The notes beneath the pieces were generated by a model. That model saw nothing but the letters and a program-made list of their open reading frames with translations. It ran no database searches and was not told the origin of the DNA. DNA of 63,580 bases, counting the filler, from Reclinomonas americana ATCC 50394 (Eukaryota), in assembly GCA_048213135.1 (NCBI GenBank). It is 6 parts of 3 records of this genome, joined end to end, with 100 filler letters (N's around TTAATTAATTAA, not from the genome) between each part and the next. Parts side by side here need not be neighbours in the genome. Positions count along the whole stretch, not along the records: positions 1 to 13,375 come from PS015279.1; 5 more parts are not named here. One strand, given 5' to 3'. Positions 1 to 12,436 of the stretch are shown one piece after another; position 1 is the stretch's first letter, and each line of letters begins with the position of its first letter. Made by a program: the position numbers and the translations under genes.

Positions 1-34
1 GGGGGAAAACACACGAGTCACACAGGCGCAGTCA

Positions 35-2442
35 TCAACACACCATCTGCACCAGCTCACTGTCGACCGACGGATTCCACATGCCCGAATTTTGCCCGAG
101 ACGCGCCAATTCACCGCGCACCTGACGCAAGCGATCTTCGTGCCGCGGAGTGCCCCAGTATCGCGACATGTAGTTGGTGGCCGACAGTCCGCGTGGGATA
201 AGCTGGCGCACCGCGAGCGGCGCACCATCGCCACCACGCGACGATACCAAATCTGACGAGTGCGCAAACGGCGGTGAGGCAAGGAAACTCAGAGAGAGCG
301 AGACGAAACAAACACACAAGTGCACGCAACGGAACACGAGGAACTTGTAGGGAGCGGGTCGGAAGCGCAGACTCGATGTGCAGCCCACACCAGGAGGAGT
401 GATGATGCCCAGTGGAGTCAGGCCGGCCACGGTGACCTTCTCGTTGAGGACTTGCTGTGCAAATGCATCACGCGACATTTCTTGCAGCAAGCCCAAATCC
501 ACCTCGTCCCACTCCTCGGCTGCAACCAGAAGACCTCATGTCAACNNNNNNNNNNNNNNNNNNNNTAGCAGCAGCGGCAGCACACCGACGATTTGCAGCT
601 CCTGGCACGCCTCACTGATGGACTCGCGGTACGGACCGCCTGCAACGGCACATTGATGAACAAATGAGGACACTACGGGGGGGGCAGAACAGCTCCACAA
701 ACCAGCATCCTCGGAGCCCTCGCCCTCGAACTTGACCTCCCAGGCACGCTTGTCGGAGAGGAACAGTGCATTGGTGCGACTCGTTTCTCTGTACAGCTGA
801 CCAAACACGATCGCTTGCCAAACACGTCACGCGACGGATCTGCGACACACGCACACACACACACTTATTGGAATCAAACAAAACCCACCTCCACCAAAAA
901 GAATACACGCACCTTGCCGATGACGAGCGGCTCGTGCACGGTTGACCTTGATGGAGGGCGCAGCGGAGGGTTTCTCCGTCGCCGCCAACGCCTCCTTCCA
1001 CAACTCGCGCTTCTTCTCCAGCACAATGAGCGAGCGCACACGACCCAGCCAGAAGGCGAGCGTGTCGGGAGTGTTCAGTTTCTCCATGTCCACCATTGGG
1101 ATGGCGGGCAGCGCCAACAGATTCAGGTACTTGAGCACCGCCAGGCGACCACGGATGGCGTCCACCGGGAGGCCACGCAGTGCCGGGAAGGTGATTTCGT
1201 CCTCCTCCGTCATGAAGAACACAGCGGCGTCGATCTTGCTGACCTCCAAGTGCTCTTTCTCGCACTTGATTTGCAGCTACGAATGAAACGAGCAATCAAT
1301 TAGCGTGCNNNNNNNNNNNNNNNNNNNNAGTCGGAATCTGCACACACGCACACACAACACACAGAGTCAGCGGCCGACAATTACACCGACCACCACCCCC
1401 ACCAGCCGTTGCTCACCTTACTTCACCCCACTCAGCCTCGGTGGTTGGCGCGCGGCTGCGGCCCCAGACGAAACGCAAGAACCGTGACCGCTCCTCTGGC
1501 GAGAACGATTCGAGTGCCTGCCAAAAATACTTGACGGTCGGATGTTGCGAATCCAGTGCATTGCGATAGTCTGTTCTTCGCTTGAGGTCCTCGATGTTGA
1601 GAACCGGCCGACCACACACCAACACCTCCAGATCACGCCAGTCGAAGAGACCCAGGAACTGGATTGGCTGTGGTGCAAAATCACTCGATTCAGCAACGCA
1701 CACAGCGTTTGCAGCAGTGAGTGACTCGAACACGCGCACTCACCACCACACAGTTCAAGCCCTCCTTCATCTTCTGCACTTGCAACTTGCTCTCCTCCAG
1801 TCGCTTCTTCAGCAACAACTCCGCATACTCTACCAAATTCTCGGAACTGCACGCGGGAGAAGAACGAGCGTCAGCTACCCAGCTGTGAATGCAGACGTGG
1901 GCGGTGGCGTCCACGCAACGTGATTGGTATTTCACGACCGCCCTCCTTTAGCTCCACCTCCACACCACCCGGAAGTACACACGTGAACGTGGCACCGGTC
2001 ATGCCGGCCACAATGTCCGCGCGGACTTCCTCGTCGGCCTCCAATACCGACTGAATGAACCGTGCTGTTGTCGTGTCAACGGCACTCAGGTCAGAGAGCG
2101 TGAGCGGTTGGTCCACCTGCACCGAGAGAGCGCGCAGTTAGCCTGCAGCCTCCTGTGCATTGCCAACAACAAAACACACTCGCTGCGCACCAACTGCTTC
2201 CACACAGTGACGGCCAGATCGAGATTGAGCGTGTTCCGCGTGCGCAGCGCAATGCCCATCAACTTGCCCATGAATTTGTACATGCCGAGATGGACGGGCC
2301 GCGTCGACGCCGGATTCACAACAAATTTCTCGCTGTGACGCATGGAGCGGTTTCAGTAAAATACACAGAGCAGGAGTGGACAGCAAGTGACAGCAGCAAC
2401 TCACCGATTCTCTCCAATCTGATTCGTGTTGTTCGAACAGGG
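35..2442 (-). CDS. HERC-like HECT E3 ubiquitin ligase, partial, multi-exon, spread over three individually flipped contigs
   Basis: Spliced translation gives FGQLY..WEVKFEGEGSEDAGGPYRESISEACQELQ..LPLLLPCSNN..YKFMGKLMGIALRT..WRDLEVLVCG..FWQALESFSPEERSRFLRFVWGRSR, typical HECT motifs. Gene order is 545->1, 1308->566, 2442->1329. The catalytic Cys end is missing. Confidence 0.9.
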
Positions 2443-3161
2443 NNNNNNNNNNNNNNNNNNNNNNNNNNNNNNNNNNNNNNNNNNNNNNNNNNNNNNNNNN
2501 NNNNNNNNNNNNNNNNNNNNNNNNNNNNNNNNNNNNNNNNNNNNNNNNNNNNNNNNNNNNNNNNNNNNNNNNNNNNNNNNNNNNNNNNNNNNNNNNNNNN
2601 NNNNNNNNNNNNNNNNNNNNNNNNNNNNNNNNNNNNNNNNNNNNNNNNNNNNNNNNNNNNNNNNNNNNNNNNNNNNNNNNNNNNNNNNNNNNNNNNNNNN
2701 NNNNNNNNNNNNNNNNNNNNNNNNNNNNNNNNNNNNNNNNNNNNNNNNNNNNNNNNNNNNNNNNNNNNNNNNNNNNNNNNNNNNNNNNNNNNNNNNNNNN
2801 NNNNNNNNNNNNNNNNNNNNNNNNNNNNNNNNNNNNNNNNNNNNNNNNNNNNNNNNNNNNNNNNNNNNNNNNNNNNNNNNNNNNNNNNNNNNNNNNNNNN
2901 NNNNNNNNNNNNNNNNNNNNNNNNNNNNNNNNNNNNNNNNNNNNNNNNNNNNNNNNNNNNNNNNNNNNNNNNNNNNNNNNNNNNNNNNNNNNNNNNNNNN
3001 NNNNNNNNNNNNNNNNNNNNNNNNNNNNNNNNNNNNNNNNNNNNNNNNNNNNNNNNNNNNNNNNNNNNNNNNNNNNNNNNNNNNNNNNNNNNNNNNNNNN
3101 NNNNNNNNNNNNNNNNNNNNNNNNNNNNNNNNNNNNNNNNNNNNNNNNNNNNNNNNNNNNN

Positions 3162-4211
3162 TTCCGCGGCGGCGACGTATACATGCGCATGGGCGACGCA
3201 ACGCCACCGCTGGTCGACGACGACGCGGACGACAGCGGACTGAACATGACACCACCCAAGTTGTGCATCTCCATCTCCTGTTGCTGCTGCTGCTGCTGCT
3301 GCTGCAACGAAAGCGCCACCAGCCGCTCCTTTCTCCGCCGTCGCACCCAGTAAAACACACACATCACCACGATAATGGCGACAATCACAAACGCGCCGAG
3401 ACCAATGCCCATGTAGAGAATCGTCTGTGAGTTGTCGGTGGTGCTGGTCGAGTCCACAGTCGTGCCACTGGAGGTCACATCGGAGCCCGTGGATCCATCC
3501 GCACCCGCCAGCACGTACTGCCCACCGACAGTCACCGAGAAGGTGTTATCATTGTAGATGCCGAGACAGTAGATGCCGGCGGCGGGTATGCTCGAGGTGT
3601 TGTTGAGCCAGCGAGCGGGATTGACCGAGAGCGGAGTATTCGTGGTGGCGTCGAAGCTGTAGGCCACAACAAACTGGAAGCTGCGACCAGCCACCATGCT
3701 ATCATAGGCATCGGTGGTCATCAGATACACACTCCAGGCTGCACGCACAAAGGAGAGAGTCAGTGAGCAAGCACAAAAAAGAGTCATGAAATCAGACACG
3801 ACACAACTCGTCGCGCTGTTGGCGCTCGACGACGACAGCGACACACCCAAGTTGTAGCCAAAGTAACACGACGGGCATGTGACACTGCCAAACTGCGAAA
3901 AGGAGAGTGAGTGAGCGGAGTCAATGACTGTGACACACACACACACAAACAGACAAAGAGCGCGCAACTCGTTGACCGCGTCGCGCCGGTAGTGTAAAGC
4001 TCACAGAGACCGGGTTGAAGCCGACTCGCGGCACTTGCTCCTCTTGCTCGTCAAAGGCAGCACTCTCCCACTCGTGATCACTGTCACTCCGCACTTTGAT
4101 CGCCGAGGCCACACGCGCTCTCCGCCACTCCGCCCACACGAACAGCAACAGCAGTGTGGCCACTGTGCCCATGAGCAGAAGGCGCAGCACAGTGCGACGC
4201 TCACGAGTCAT
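3162..4211 (-). CDS. Predicted type I membrane protein, 3'-partial
   Basis: N-terminal hydrophobic segment, two GT-AG introns, extracellular region, TM segment ILYMGIGLGAFVIVAIIVVMCVFYWV followed by RRRRK and poly-Q. Runs into the N gap. Confidence 0.6.
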
Positions 4212-4266
4212 TGCCTGTGCGCATCTATCTATACAAAGGAGGACGTGAGAGAGGACACCTTCGTGA

Positions 4267-6295
4267 ATGACTGCGTTGGAGCAGCAACTGAGTGCGCTGC
4301 ATGTTGAGTGAGTGTCGGTACTCTTGTGTAAGCACATGCTCACCATGAGCACACACACACACAGGAGAGTGTGGAGCGACTGAAGGCGACGGATGCTGGC
4401 AATGAGGTGACTGCGTGCGAGTTGGATAACTTTGAGCGACTGGCTGCGCGTCACTTGCACGGTCAGTGAGAGCTTGCATACTGTCTCTGTGGCACGGAGT
4501 CTGAGTATGCGTACACAGAGCGAGCGCGTGGGCATCATGAGATTGCGTGGGAGAGCGTGCATGCACTGTTGCCGGGGGATCCGCGCATGCGTCTGTATGA
4601 GGAGCTGGAAGAGCCGGAGTCGCGTGAGGAGTGTCGTGCGCTGTTGCAGAAGCTGGTGGTGCTCAAGTTGAATGGAGGACTCGGCACCTCCATGGGTGAG
4701 CGTCGCTGTCGAGCGTGAGTCGCTGGAGACAAGTGGACTGAGCTGGTGCGCAGGCTGTGAGGGACCAAAGAACGCCATTGAGATCCGCCCGGGTGTGTCG
4801 TTCTACGATTGCTTTGTGGATCAGATCGAGGTGCGAGTGTGATTGGTGGTGCACAGATGCCCGCGTGATGTTCATTGGTGCTTTGTCGCGCTGCAGCACT
4901 TGAACGAGACGTACGATGTGGATGTGCCGCTGGTGCTGCTCAACTCGTTTGCCACGCAGTCGTTGACGGAGGAGATTCTGCGTCGCGAGTGCTACTCGCC
5001 GGAGCGCAGGCGGTGTCGCATTCTCACGGTGCAGCAGCAGCGGTTTCCGCGCATCGATGCGGAGACGTTGTTGCCGGTGCCGAGTACCGCGTGCGAGGAC
5101 TCGGTGTGGTCCATGTCTTGCTCTCTCTTTGTCATGTCCTCCTCCCGTTTCTCATCACGCGAATCGCCGCAGCCCGACTTCAATCTCAACGAGTGGTATC
5201 CACCCGGGCACGGCGACGTGTACGACACGCTGCTGTTGCATGCACCGCAGCTGCTCGAGAAGCTGCGTGCCGAGGGACGCGAGTTTCTCTTCACCTCCAA
5301 CGGCGACAATCTCGGCGGCTGTGTCGATCTTCATATCCTTTTTGTTGCTGCTGCTAGCTGGCGATCGTGGCTCTCATGTATTCCGCGTCCTTGACTCGTA
5401 TGTGTCGCGCACGCATGTTGAAGCATATTGCGGCCGGGCACGTCGACATGTTCAACGAGGTGGTCGAGAAGCTGCCGCGCGACAAGAAGGGCGGCACACC
5501 AATCCTGCACAAGGCGGGCCTGAAGATGTTGGAGACGGCCGAGGTGCCGGCGCAGCATGTTCGTGTGACTGACTGCAAGTTTAATACCGTGTTGGTGAAT
5601 GGATGGTTGCTGACTGTGGCGCACCCAGATGCATGAGTTTTGTGGTATTGACAAGTTCAAGGTCTTCAACACCAACAATCTGTGGTTCCGCATCGACGCC
5701 CTGCAAGCACACCTCGAGCTCGACATTATCGTCAACAAGAAGGTCTCCATTATCTCTCCCCTTGACTTCTGTGTGTGTCTCATCGTCGCGTCACGCAGCG
5801 CCTCGGCGACCGCGGTGTCATCCAGTTGGAGACCGCCATGGGATCGGCGCTGCAGTTCTTTGAGCGCTCCTGTGCCATTCGTGTGCCACGCATTCGCTAC
5901 GCCCCTGTCAAGACATGCACCGATCTGCTGCTCATCATGAGCGATCAGTACCACGTGGAGCACGGACGCCTGATGAAGCACGACCCGCAGTCGCCACCAC
6001 CCATTGTGGATCTACACGGTCGATACACCACGGTGTCCGAGTTCATGGCGCACTTCCCGCGCGGCTTCCCCAGCACCAAGCAACTGACGCACTTGCGTGT
6101 CGACGGCAATGTGGTGTTTGGGGCGGATGTTGTGCTGCGAGTTCCGTCTGCCACTGTTCTCTGCAAACCCCATTGTCTTCGACAACTCATTCATGCTTTC
6201 CCCCTCTGCAGGGCGACGTGACCATTGTTGCCTCGCACGACGATGCCGTCGTGCCCGACGGATCCGTGTTGGAGAACGAGACTGTACGAGTGTGA
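4267..6295 (+). CDS. UGP2: UDP-glucose pyrophosphorylase (UTP-glucose-1-phosphate uridylyltransferase)
   Basis: KLVVLKLNGGLGTSMGCEGPK, WYPPGHGD, SNGDNLG, DKKGG, FNTNNLW, QLETAMG, RYAPVKTCTDLL after removing about nine short introns. Confidence 0.95.
5333..5412 (+). other. U12-type (minor spliceosome) AT-AC intron in the UGPase gene
   Basis: 5' end ATATCCTTTT, branch motif TCCTTGAC at 5388-5395, ends CAC. Removal restores the frame VDL-R-MLKHI. Confidence 0.93.
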
Positions 6296-6405
6296 CGAGT
6301 GAAGCGCATTTTGTGCTCACAATGTTCTTTTTATGGTGTTGCGATTTTCATTGTTGTTCCTGCTGTTATTGCTCGGATCGACGTCGCCGTCGTCGTTGCC
6401 GCTTC

Positions 6406-7465
6406 TCAACGGAACCGATACTTGATGATTGGTACGTCGGCATCGGATTCGTCCCTTCCCGTGGCCATGGCCACCAGCTGCACGTACTTGATGTCCGGCC
6501 GCAGCTGGATGCCGCTGATCTTCTCAATGAGCTTTGACACACTGTGCGAGCACCGCGTTAGGGTCCAAGCAGCACGCAAGAGGGGGAGGAGGGAATTACT
6601 CACGGCATGCTCAGGTGCTCCTCTCGCTTCTTCGGTGCCATGAAGAACGTGTAGATCATGGCCTTGCCCGAGGTCAGCATCTGCAACTCGAGGTTGTGTC
6701 GCGTCTGCAGAATGTCGACAAACTCGCGCAGCGTAATGTCGCGGCCCTCGTCGATCACCAGCCAGTCCCAGATCGACCACTCGATTCCATTGTACTGCGA
6801 CTTGCCTGGCGCCACTGGCGTGGAGAAGTCGTAGTAGGAGATGGCGGTGTTGACAAAGGCGTTCTTGTAGGCGTCCAACTCCTTCTGCTGCAGGAGCTTG
6901 TACAGCTCGAGCCCGACCAGACCCGTGATCAGCGCCGTGGTGGTCACCATGGCCGGAATGATCTTGCCGGCAATCATCTTGGACCGTTGCTTGTCGGCCT
7001 GCCAACAGCGAGACACCAATGAGATGTGGGCTGACGAATAATCGTTGATTGATTGCAAACCTCGGGAATCTTGTAGTTGCGTGCACGCAGATTGGAGGCG
7101 GCGGTGATAAAGTCCATGTGGAAGTTTCTGTCGTCGTCCTTCTCAAACTGCTGCGGCGACAGCTCAAAGCCGGCCAACGTGTCGCGCGACGGCAGCTCGG
7201 CAATCTGTGTGCGCACCAGTGCATCGTCCGTGTCTTGTGCTGTGTTATAAACGCAATATTAGCCGCCGTAATCATTATTATCACACGGAGATTCATGCAC
7301 GCACCCTCACGCTCGTTCTCCGCCGTCTGAATCTTGACGCCGGCCTTGGGCTGGAACTGCGGAATGGTCGACTCGATGCGGGCGAGGATGCCGCGGATAA
7401 CGTCAGGCTCCGCAGTGCCATGCAGGCGGTACGTGGCCGCACGCAAGTTGGCCGCCGCCGTCACG
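6406..7465 (-). CDS. UBA1: Ubiquitin-activating enzyme E1, C-terminal part
   Basis: [51 protein letters not shown] and a UFD-like end [10 protein letters not shown]; three introns. Confidence 0.95.
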
Positions 7466-7891
7466 NNNNNNNNNNNNNNNNNNNNNNNNNNNNNNNNNNN
7501 NNNNNNNNNNNNNNNNNNNNNNNNNNNNNNNNNNNNNNNNNNNNNNNNNNNNNNNNNNNNNNNNNNNNNNNNNNNNNNNNNNNNNNNNNNNNNNNNNNNN
7601 NNNNNNNNNNNNNNNNNNNNNNNNNNNNNNNNNNNNNNNNNNNNNNNNNNNNNNNNNNNNNNNNNNNNNNNNNNNNNNNNNNNNNNNNNNNNNNNNNNNN
7701 NNNNNNNNNNNNNNNNNNNNNNNNNNNNNNNNNNNNNNNNNNNNNNNNNNNNNNNNNNNNNNNNNNNNNNNNNNNNNNNNNNNNNNNNNNNNNNNNNNNN
7801 NNNNNNNNNNNNNNNNNNNNNNNNNNNNNNNNNNNNNNNNNNNNNNNNNNNNNNNNNNNNNNNNNNNNNNNNNNNNNNNNNNNNNNNNNNN

Positions 7892-9440
7892 NGCAGAGCT
7901 GTCTGAGGAGAACGCCAAGCTGATCCGTCTGCTGGCACGCACGGCATGCGGCAACCTGTCGCCGATGTGCGCCTTTATCGGTGGCATTGCGTCGCAGGAG
8001 GTGTTGAAGGCCTGCTCCGGCAAGTACGAGCCCATCAACCAGTTCCTGTACTTTGACGCCGTGGAGACGCTGCCGGGCGACATTTCGGAGACCGTGTCGC
8101 AGGTGACGGTGGACACGCTGCAGACGCCACCGCTGAGTCCGTCGGACGCGTCACCACCGCGCGAGGGTGCCAGCCGCTACGACGGCCAGGAGGTGATTTT
8201 CGGCAGGGGGATTCAGGTGCGTGCATTTTGTGAAAGGCTGCTTGGTCTCTCTTTCACCTCACACTCGACGCAGGAGCGACTGGAGAACCTGCGCTACTTT
8301 GTGGTCGGCGCGGGCGCTCTCGGCTGCGAGTTCCTGAAGATGTTTGCGATGATGGGTCTGGGCACGGGTCCCGAGGGTCACGTCATTGTCACCGACATGG
8401 ACCAGATCGAGAAGAGCAACTTGAGCCGACAGTTCTTGTTCCGCGATGAGCACATTGGAGTTGCGTGTGTGCCGCGGCTTCTTCTACTTTTGTGGATTGA
8501 CGTATTGACGTAAATGTGCATGATCGCAGATGAGCAAGAGCTCGGTGGCTGCCATGGCCGCCCAGGAGATGAACCCATCCATGCGCATCACCGCGATGCA
8601 GGACAAGGTCGCCCCCGACACGGAGAGTTGCGTGCAACAGCCACACACGCACACACACACCACTTGCTTGCCAGTCTACTTACTCGTTGCGCAGGCCTGT
8701 TCAACGACGATTTTTGGTCCTCGCTCGACGGCGTCACCAATGCCCTCGACAATGTGGAGGCACGCCGATATGTCGACCAGAAGTTGCGTTCTCCTCCCTC
8801 CTTCCCTCCCTCCCTCTTTGCACATGCATTCTCAACGCCCGCTTCCACAGGTGCGTCGAGTACGGCCTGTCGCTGCTGGAGAGTGGCACCCTCGGCACCA
8901 AGGGCAACGTGCAGGTGGTCGTGCCGCATCTCACCGAGTCGTACTCGTCCTCGAACGACCCGGCCGAGAAGAGCATTCCAATTTGCACGCTCAAGAACTT
9001 CCCGAACGCCATCGAGCACACACTGCAGTGGGCGCGTGATCTGTTCGAGGGCTTCTTTGCGGCGCAGCCGAGCGACGTCAACAGCTACGTCAGCAAGGCC
9101 GACTTCCTGCGTTCGTTGGAGGCCAACTCCAGCAACCTGGCCACCACCGTCAGCAATCTGTACACGGGGCTGGTGTCGGAGCGTGCCGTCACCTTTGACG
9201 ACTGCGTGCGATGGGCGCGCGTGCGATTCCAGGAGCTGTTTGAGAACAATATTCGCCAGCTGCTCTTCACGTTCCCCGTCGACGCCAAGACCTCGACTGG
9301 CCGTTGCGTCACTCGTGAGAGACCTTGCTTCATCATGCTCACTCACTCTTGGTGCGCCGCGCAGAACCCTTCTGGGGTGGCACCAAGCGCCCGCCGACGG
9401 CGCTTGCGTTTGACCCGGAGGACCCGCTGCATCTCGGTTT
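7892..9440 (+). CDS. UBA1: Ubiquitin-activating enzyme E1, central part (contig flipped); N-terminus not in view
   Basis: [53 protein letters not shown] and catalytic [10 protein letters not shown]. Ends HLG-TT and continues with C-GTG at 7465 on the minus strand (HLGFVTAAAN). Confidence 0.95.
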
Positions 9441-9517
9441 NNNNNNNNNNNNNNNNNNNNTGTGAGCAGACTGGTTATCAGAGAACAAGCATCAGTGTGT
9501 GTGTGTGACCAACAAAC

Positions 9518-10252
9518 CTCCACGGGCTCCTCCTGCAGGAAGTACTGGCCAGAGGCCTCCTTCTGGCCCTCGAACTTGCCGTCCAGGCCGAGCTTCTGCA
9601 GCATGCGGCGACCGCACAGCAGGCCCACGCAGTAGGTGGAGGCGTAGTTGGTCAGACCGAGGTGCACACCGTCTGCAAAAATCGCATGAGACTCGCTGCG
9701 TGCACAGAAGCCTCGCCCACAACAAGAAGAAAAAACGCAACAGCGTGGCAGCTCGTGCGCGTAGGCGGCAGCGTGCACCATGTCGCCCTTGATGGTCGAG
9801 CTGACAATCTGGCACACCACGTCCTTGTTGGTGTGGCGCACCACAAAGCGGTACTTGGGTGTGTTGTACTTGGTCTTGTCCTGCGACACCATGCGGCGGC
9901 GAGAGTAGTAGTCGGTCTTGCCCTCGCGGCGGCGGCGGAACTGCACCTGGTACCTGCATGCATTGCACATGGAAGATGAAAAAAATCATCATCATCGCCA
10001 GTCAGTCATCCATGAGAGCGGAGAGTGGCCATAAAGAGGGAAGGGGAAAACGCACCGCTTGAAGTAGGCCTTGTTCTTCTGCACCTTGACGTAGGTCTGC
10101 AGAGGGCAAGCAGTGACAGTGAGTGTCATGTCGTCCCCACTCTGGTTTCCCACACACACAACCACACGAGCAACATGGACACTGAACGACGACGCTGAGT
10201 GGACGAGAGAGGATGGCGGCAATGCACACGAAGAGAGTGGAACGGGAGCCAT
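9518..10252 (-). CDS. RPL5: 60S ribosomal protein L5 (uL18), 5' exons (contig flipped)
   Basis: [60 protein letters not shown]. Confidence 0.96.
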
Positions 10253-10597
10253 GACTCTGCCATGGCAAAGTGCACCTCACGCTCTCTCTCTCACAACACA
10301 GGTGCACACATGCAAACAGCAGCAGCAGCAGCAAAAGGGAGACAGTACACACGGTGCTGAACAGCCAGCACGGCGTGCGAGTGGGGAGCGGAGCGAGAGA
10401 GAGGACATGACATGCGCATGTGCATGGCAACCACCAACACGCTCACACGCGCAGGAACACCACCAATACGCTCTCTCTCCCAGAGACACGCGTGCACCCA
10501 CACACACAACACACACGAATCCCATCCCAATCGATCAAGAGGGCCGCACCATTCCCGCNNNNNNNNNNNNNNNNNNNNCTGGCGTGCTGTCGTGCAG

Positions 10598-11098
10598 GGC
10601 CGCCGCCCGTTCAAGGCGTTCCTCGACGTGGGCCTGAAGCGCACCAGCACTGGTGCTCGCATGTTCGCCGCGTTGAAGGGTGCCGTCGATGCCGGCCTGC
10701 ACATCCCGTACTCAGAGACCCGCTTTGTCGGCTACAACGCCACGAGCAAGTCGCTGGACAAGGACACGCTGCGCAAGTACCTGCTGGGCGGCCACGTCGC
10801 CGAGTACATGGAGTCGCTCGAGGAGGAGGATGAGGAGGCTTACAACCGCCACTTCAGCCGCTTTGTGGAGAAGGGCATCTCTGGTGGCGATCTCGAGGAG
10901 ATCTACAAGAAGGCTCACGCTGCGATCCGCGCCGACCCGTCGCCAGCAGCGAAGAAGGCCGCCTCGGAGGCCAAGCCCAAGTCGTTCGCCACTCCCAAGC
11001 GCACCATCAAGGAGCGCAAGGACCGCGTGCGCCAGATTCTCGCCAAGCGTGCTGCTGCTGTGTCTTCCAGCGGTGCTGCCGACGACGATGACGAGTAA
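10598..11098 (+). CDS. RPL5: 60S ribosomal protein L5, last exon
   Basis: GRRPFKAFLDVGLKRTSTGARMFAALKGAVDAGLHIPYSETRF..GGHVAEYM. Confidence 0.96.
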   Translation, partial: GRRPFKAFLDVGLKRTSTGARMFAALKGAVDAGLHIPYSETRFVGYNATSKSLDKDTLRKYLLGGHVAEYMESLEEEDEEAYNRHFSRFVEKGISGGDLEEIYKKAHAAIRADPSPAAKKAASEAKPKSFATPKRTIKERKDRVRQILAKRAAAVSSSGAADDDDE

Positions 11099-11358
11099 GC
11101 ACTGTGCTTCTCTTATCGTATGTGTGTGTTTGCATCTGTCGGCTGCTGTTTTGCCCCTCGCTACTCCCGCCCCAGTTCCTCTTGTTCTCTGTTACGTGTT
11201 GAGAGTGGAATAACATCAGACGCCTGCTGCTGCTGCTGCTACAATTTGGGAGTGAGGAATGACTGTTTTCACTGAAGAGGATCGACCAGCCGCACGCTGT
11301 TGTTGNNNNNNNNNNNNNNNNNNNNCTGCTGCTGCTCCTTCCTTCATCTTCTTTTTCC

Positions 11359-12284
11359 CTATGTCGTGAGCTTCTCGGCCTCGCTTGCTGCCGCTCGCTT
11401 GTGCCGCGTCACCAGCACCAGCTTCTCTTCGACATTGTTGACGAGGTGGTGCGCGAGGCTGCCGGCAATGAGGCGCTGGAGACCCGACAAGTCCCTGGTG
11501 CCCACCACTGCCAGCGACCGTGAGCAACCGATCAGAAGGGCGCGGCGATTCTTTGTGCAACACGTACCAATGACATCCGCCTGACGACGGCGAGCCACGT
11601 CCTCGATGGTGAGGCGTGGATCCCCACTGCACACGGTGATGGCCACCTTGGAGTGCAACTTGCCTCGCGCCACCAGCATTGTCTGCCCGACCGACACATG
11701 AGGCACACAGAACCAATAAGACAAAGAAAGAGAGATCTCCTCTGCCTTCGGCGCACCAGCATGTCTGATTGAGCAGCGCGCAGCGATTCGATTGCTGCAT
11801 CGACTGGCGCCGGTCCCACATACGGATCTTCGCGGATGTCGGGGGCCAAAAACAAGTCATCCTCATCACCACCGGCCGCCACATAGTCACGGATTACCAT
11901 TGGCAGAGGTGCAGTGCCCTCGATGTTGTAGCCTGTGTGCACGTGACGGGAGGAAGAATCGAGATGGTCAGCGAATCTTTTTTCCCCACCCTCGTCATTG
12001 ATTTTTTGTCGGCTCGCCTGGTATCGAGTAGTCCGTCTCTATGCACCACGTGAGCTGTGCACGGCATTAGTGGATGAAAGCGGAACATTCAATCTGCGCA
12101 AGCACAGGCACACACACACAGACCAACACGAAATCGCCATCCTGAACGAGGTCGGCCACCTGGCGACAGGCCTCCTCGGCATCGGCCGTTCCGTCGTAGG
12201 CTGTGTGGGGCGGGCGCAATGTCAACGCTTCACTAAGAGCTCGGCTCCTGCTGTCTGCCTCTGCTCACCGACAACGAAGCGCAT
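11359..12284 (-). CDS. Universal stress protein (UspA-like) domain protein
   Basis: Spliced model begins MRFVVAYDGTADAEEAC and contains GDPRLTIED and VVGTRDLSGLQRLIAGSLAHHLV, matching USP motifs; five introns. Confidence 0.8.
11933..12017 (-). other. GC-AG intron in the USP gene
   Basis: CCAG|GCGAGC...CACAG|GC joins LTWCIETDYSIP-G-YNIEG in frame. Confidence 0.7.
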
Positions 12285-12436
12285 GCGCAGCACAAGGACG
12301 GAATAACAAAAGTCGGCGAATGGATGAACGAAAGGATACCCAATATCAATGCATGAATACACTTGGTTTTTCCTGTTGCTTCGTTGTTTTGAATGTGAAA
12401 AGAATAGTACGGAAAATGGACAGGTTGCAACAAAGA

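Noticed and set aside
9741..9747. Reading the GTTGCGT sites as non-canonical G|TT donors
   Set aside because: That would give ELPRCG in RPL5 instead of the conserved ELPRYG and would need non-AG acceptors.
12329..12340. Perfect U12 donor GTATCCTTT on the minus strand
   Set aside because: Lies between the upstream stop (12437) and the USP ATG (12284), with no proper TCCTTRAC branch and no coding need; a UTR intron cannot be supported.
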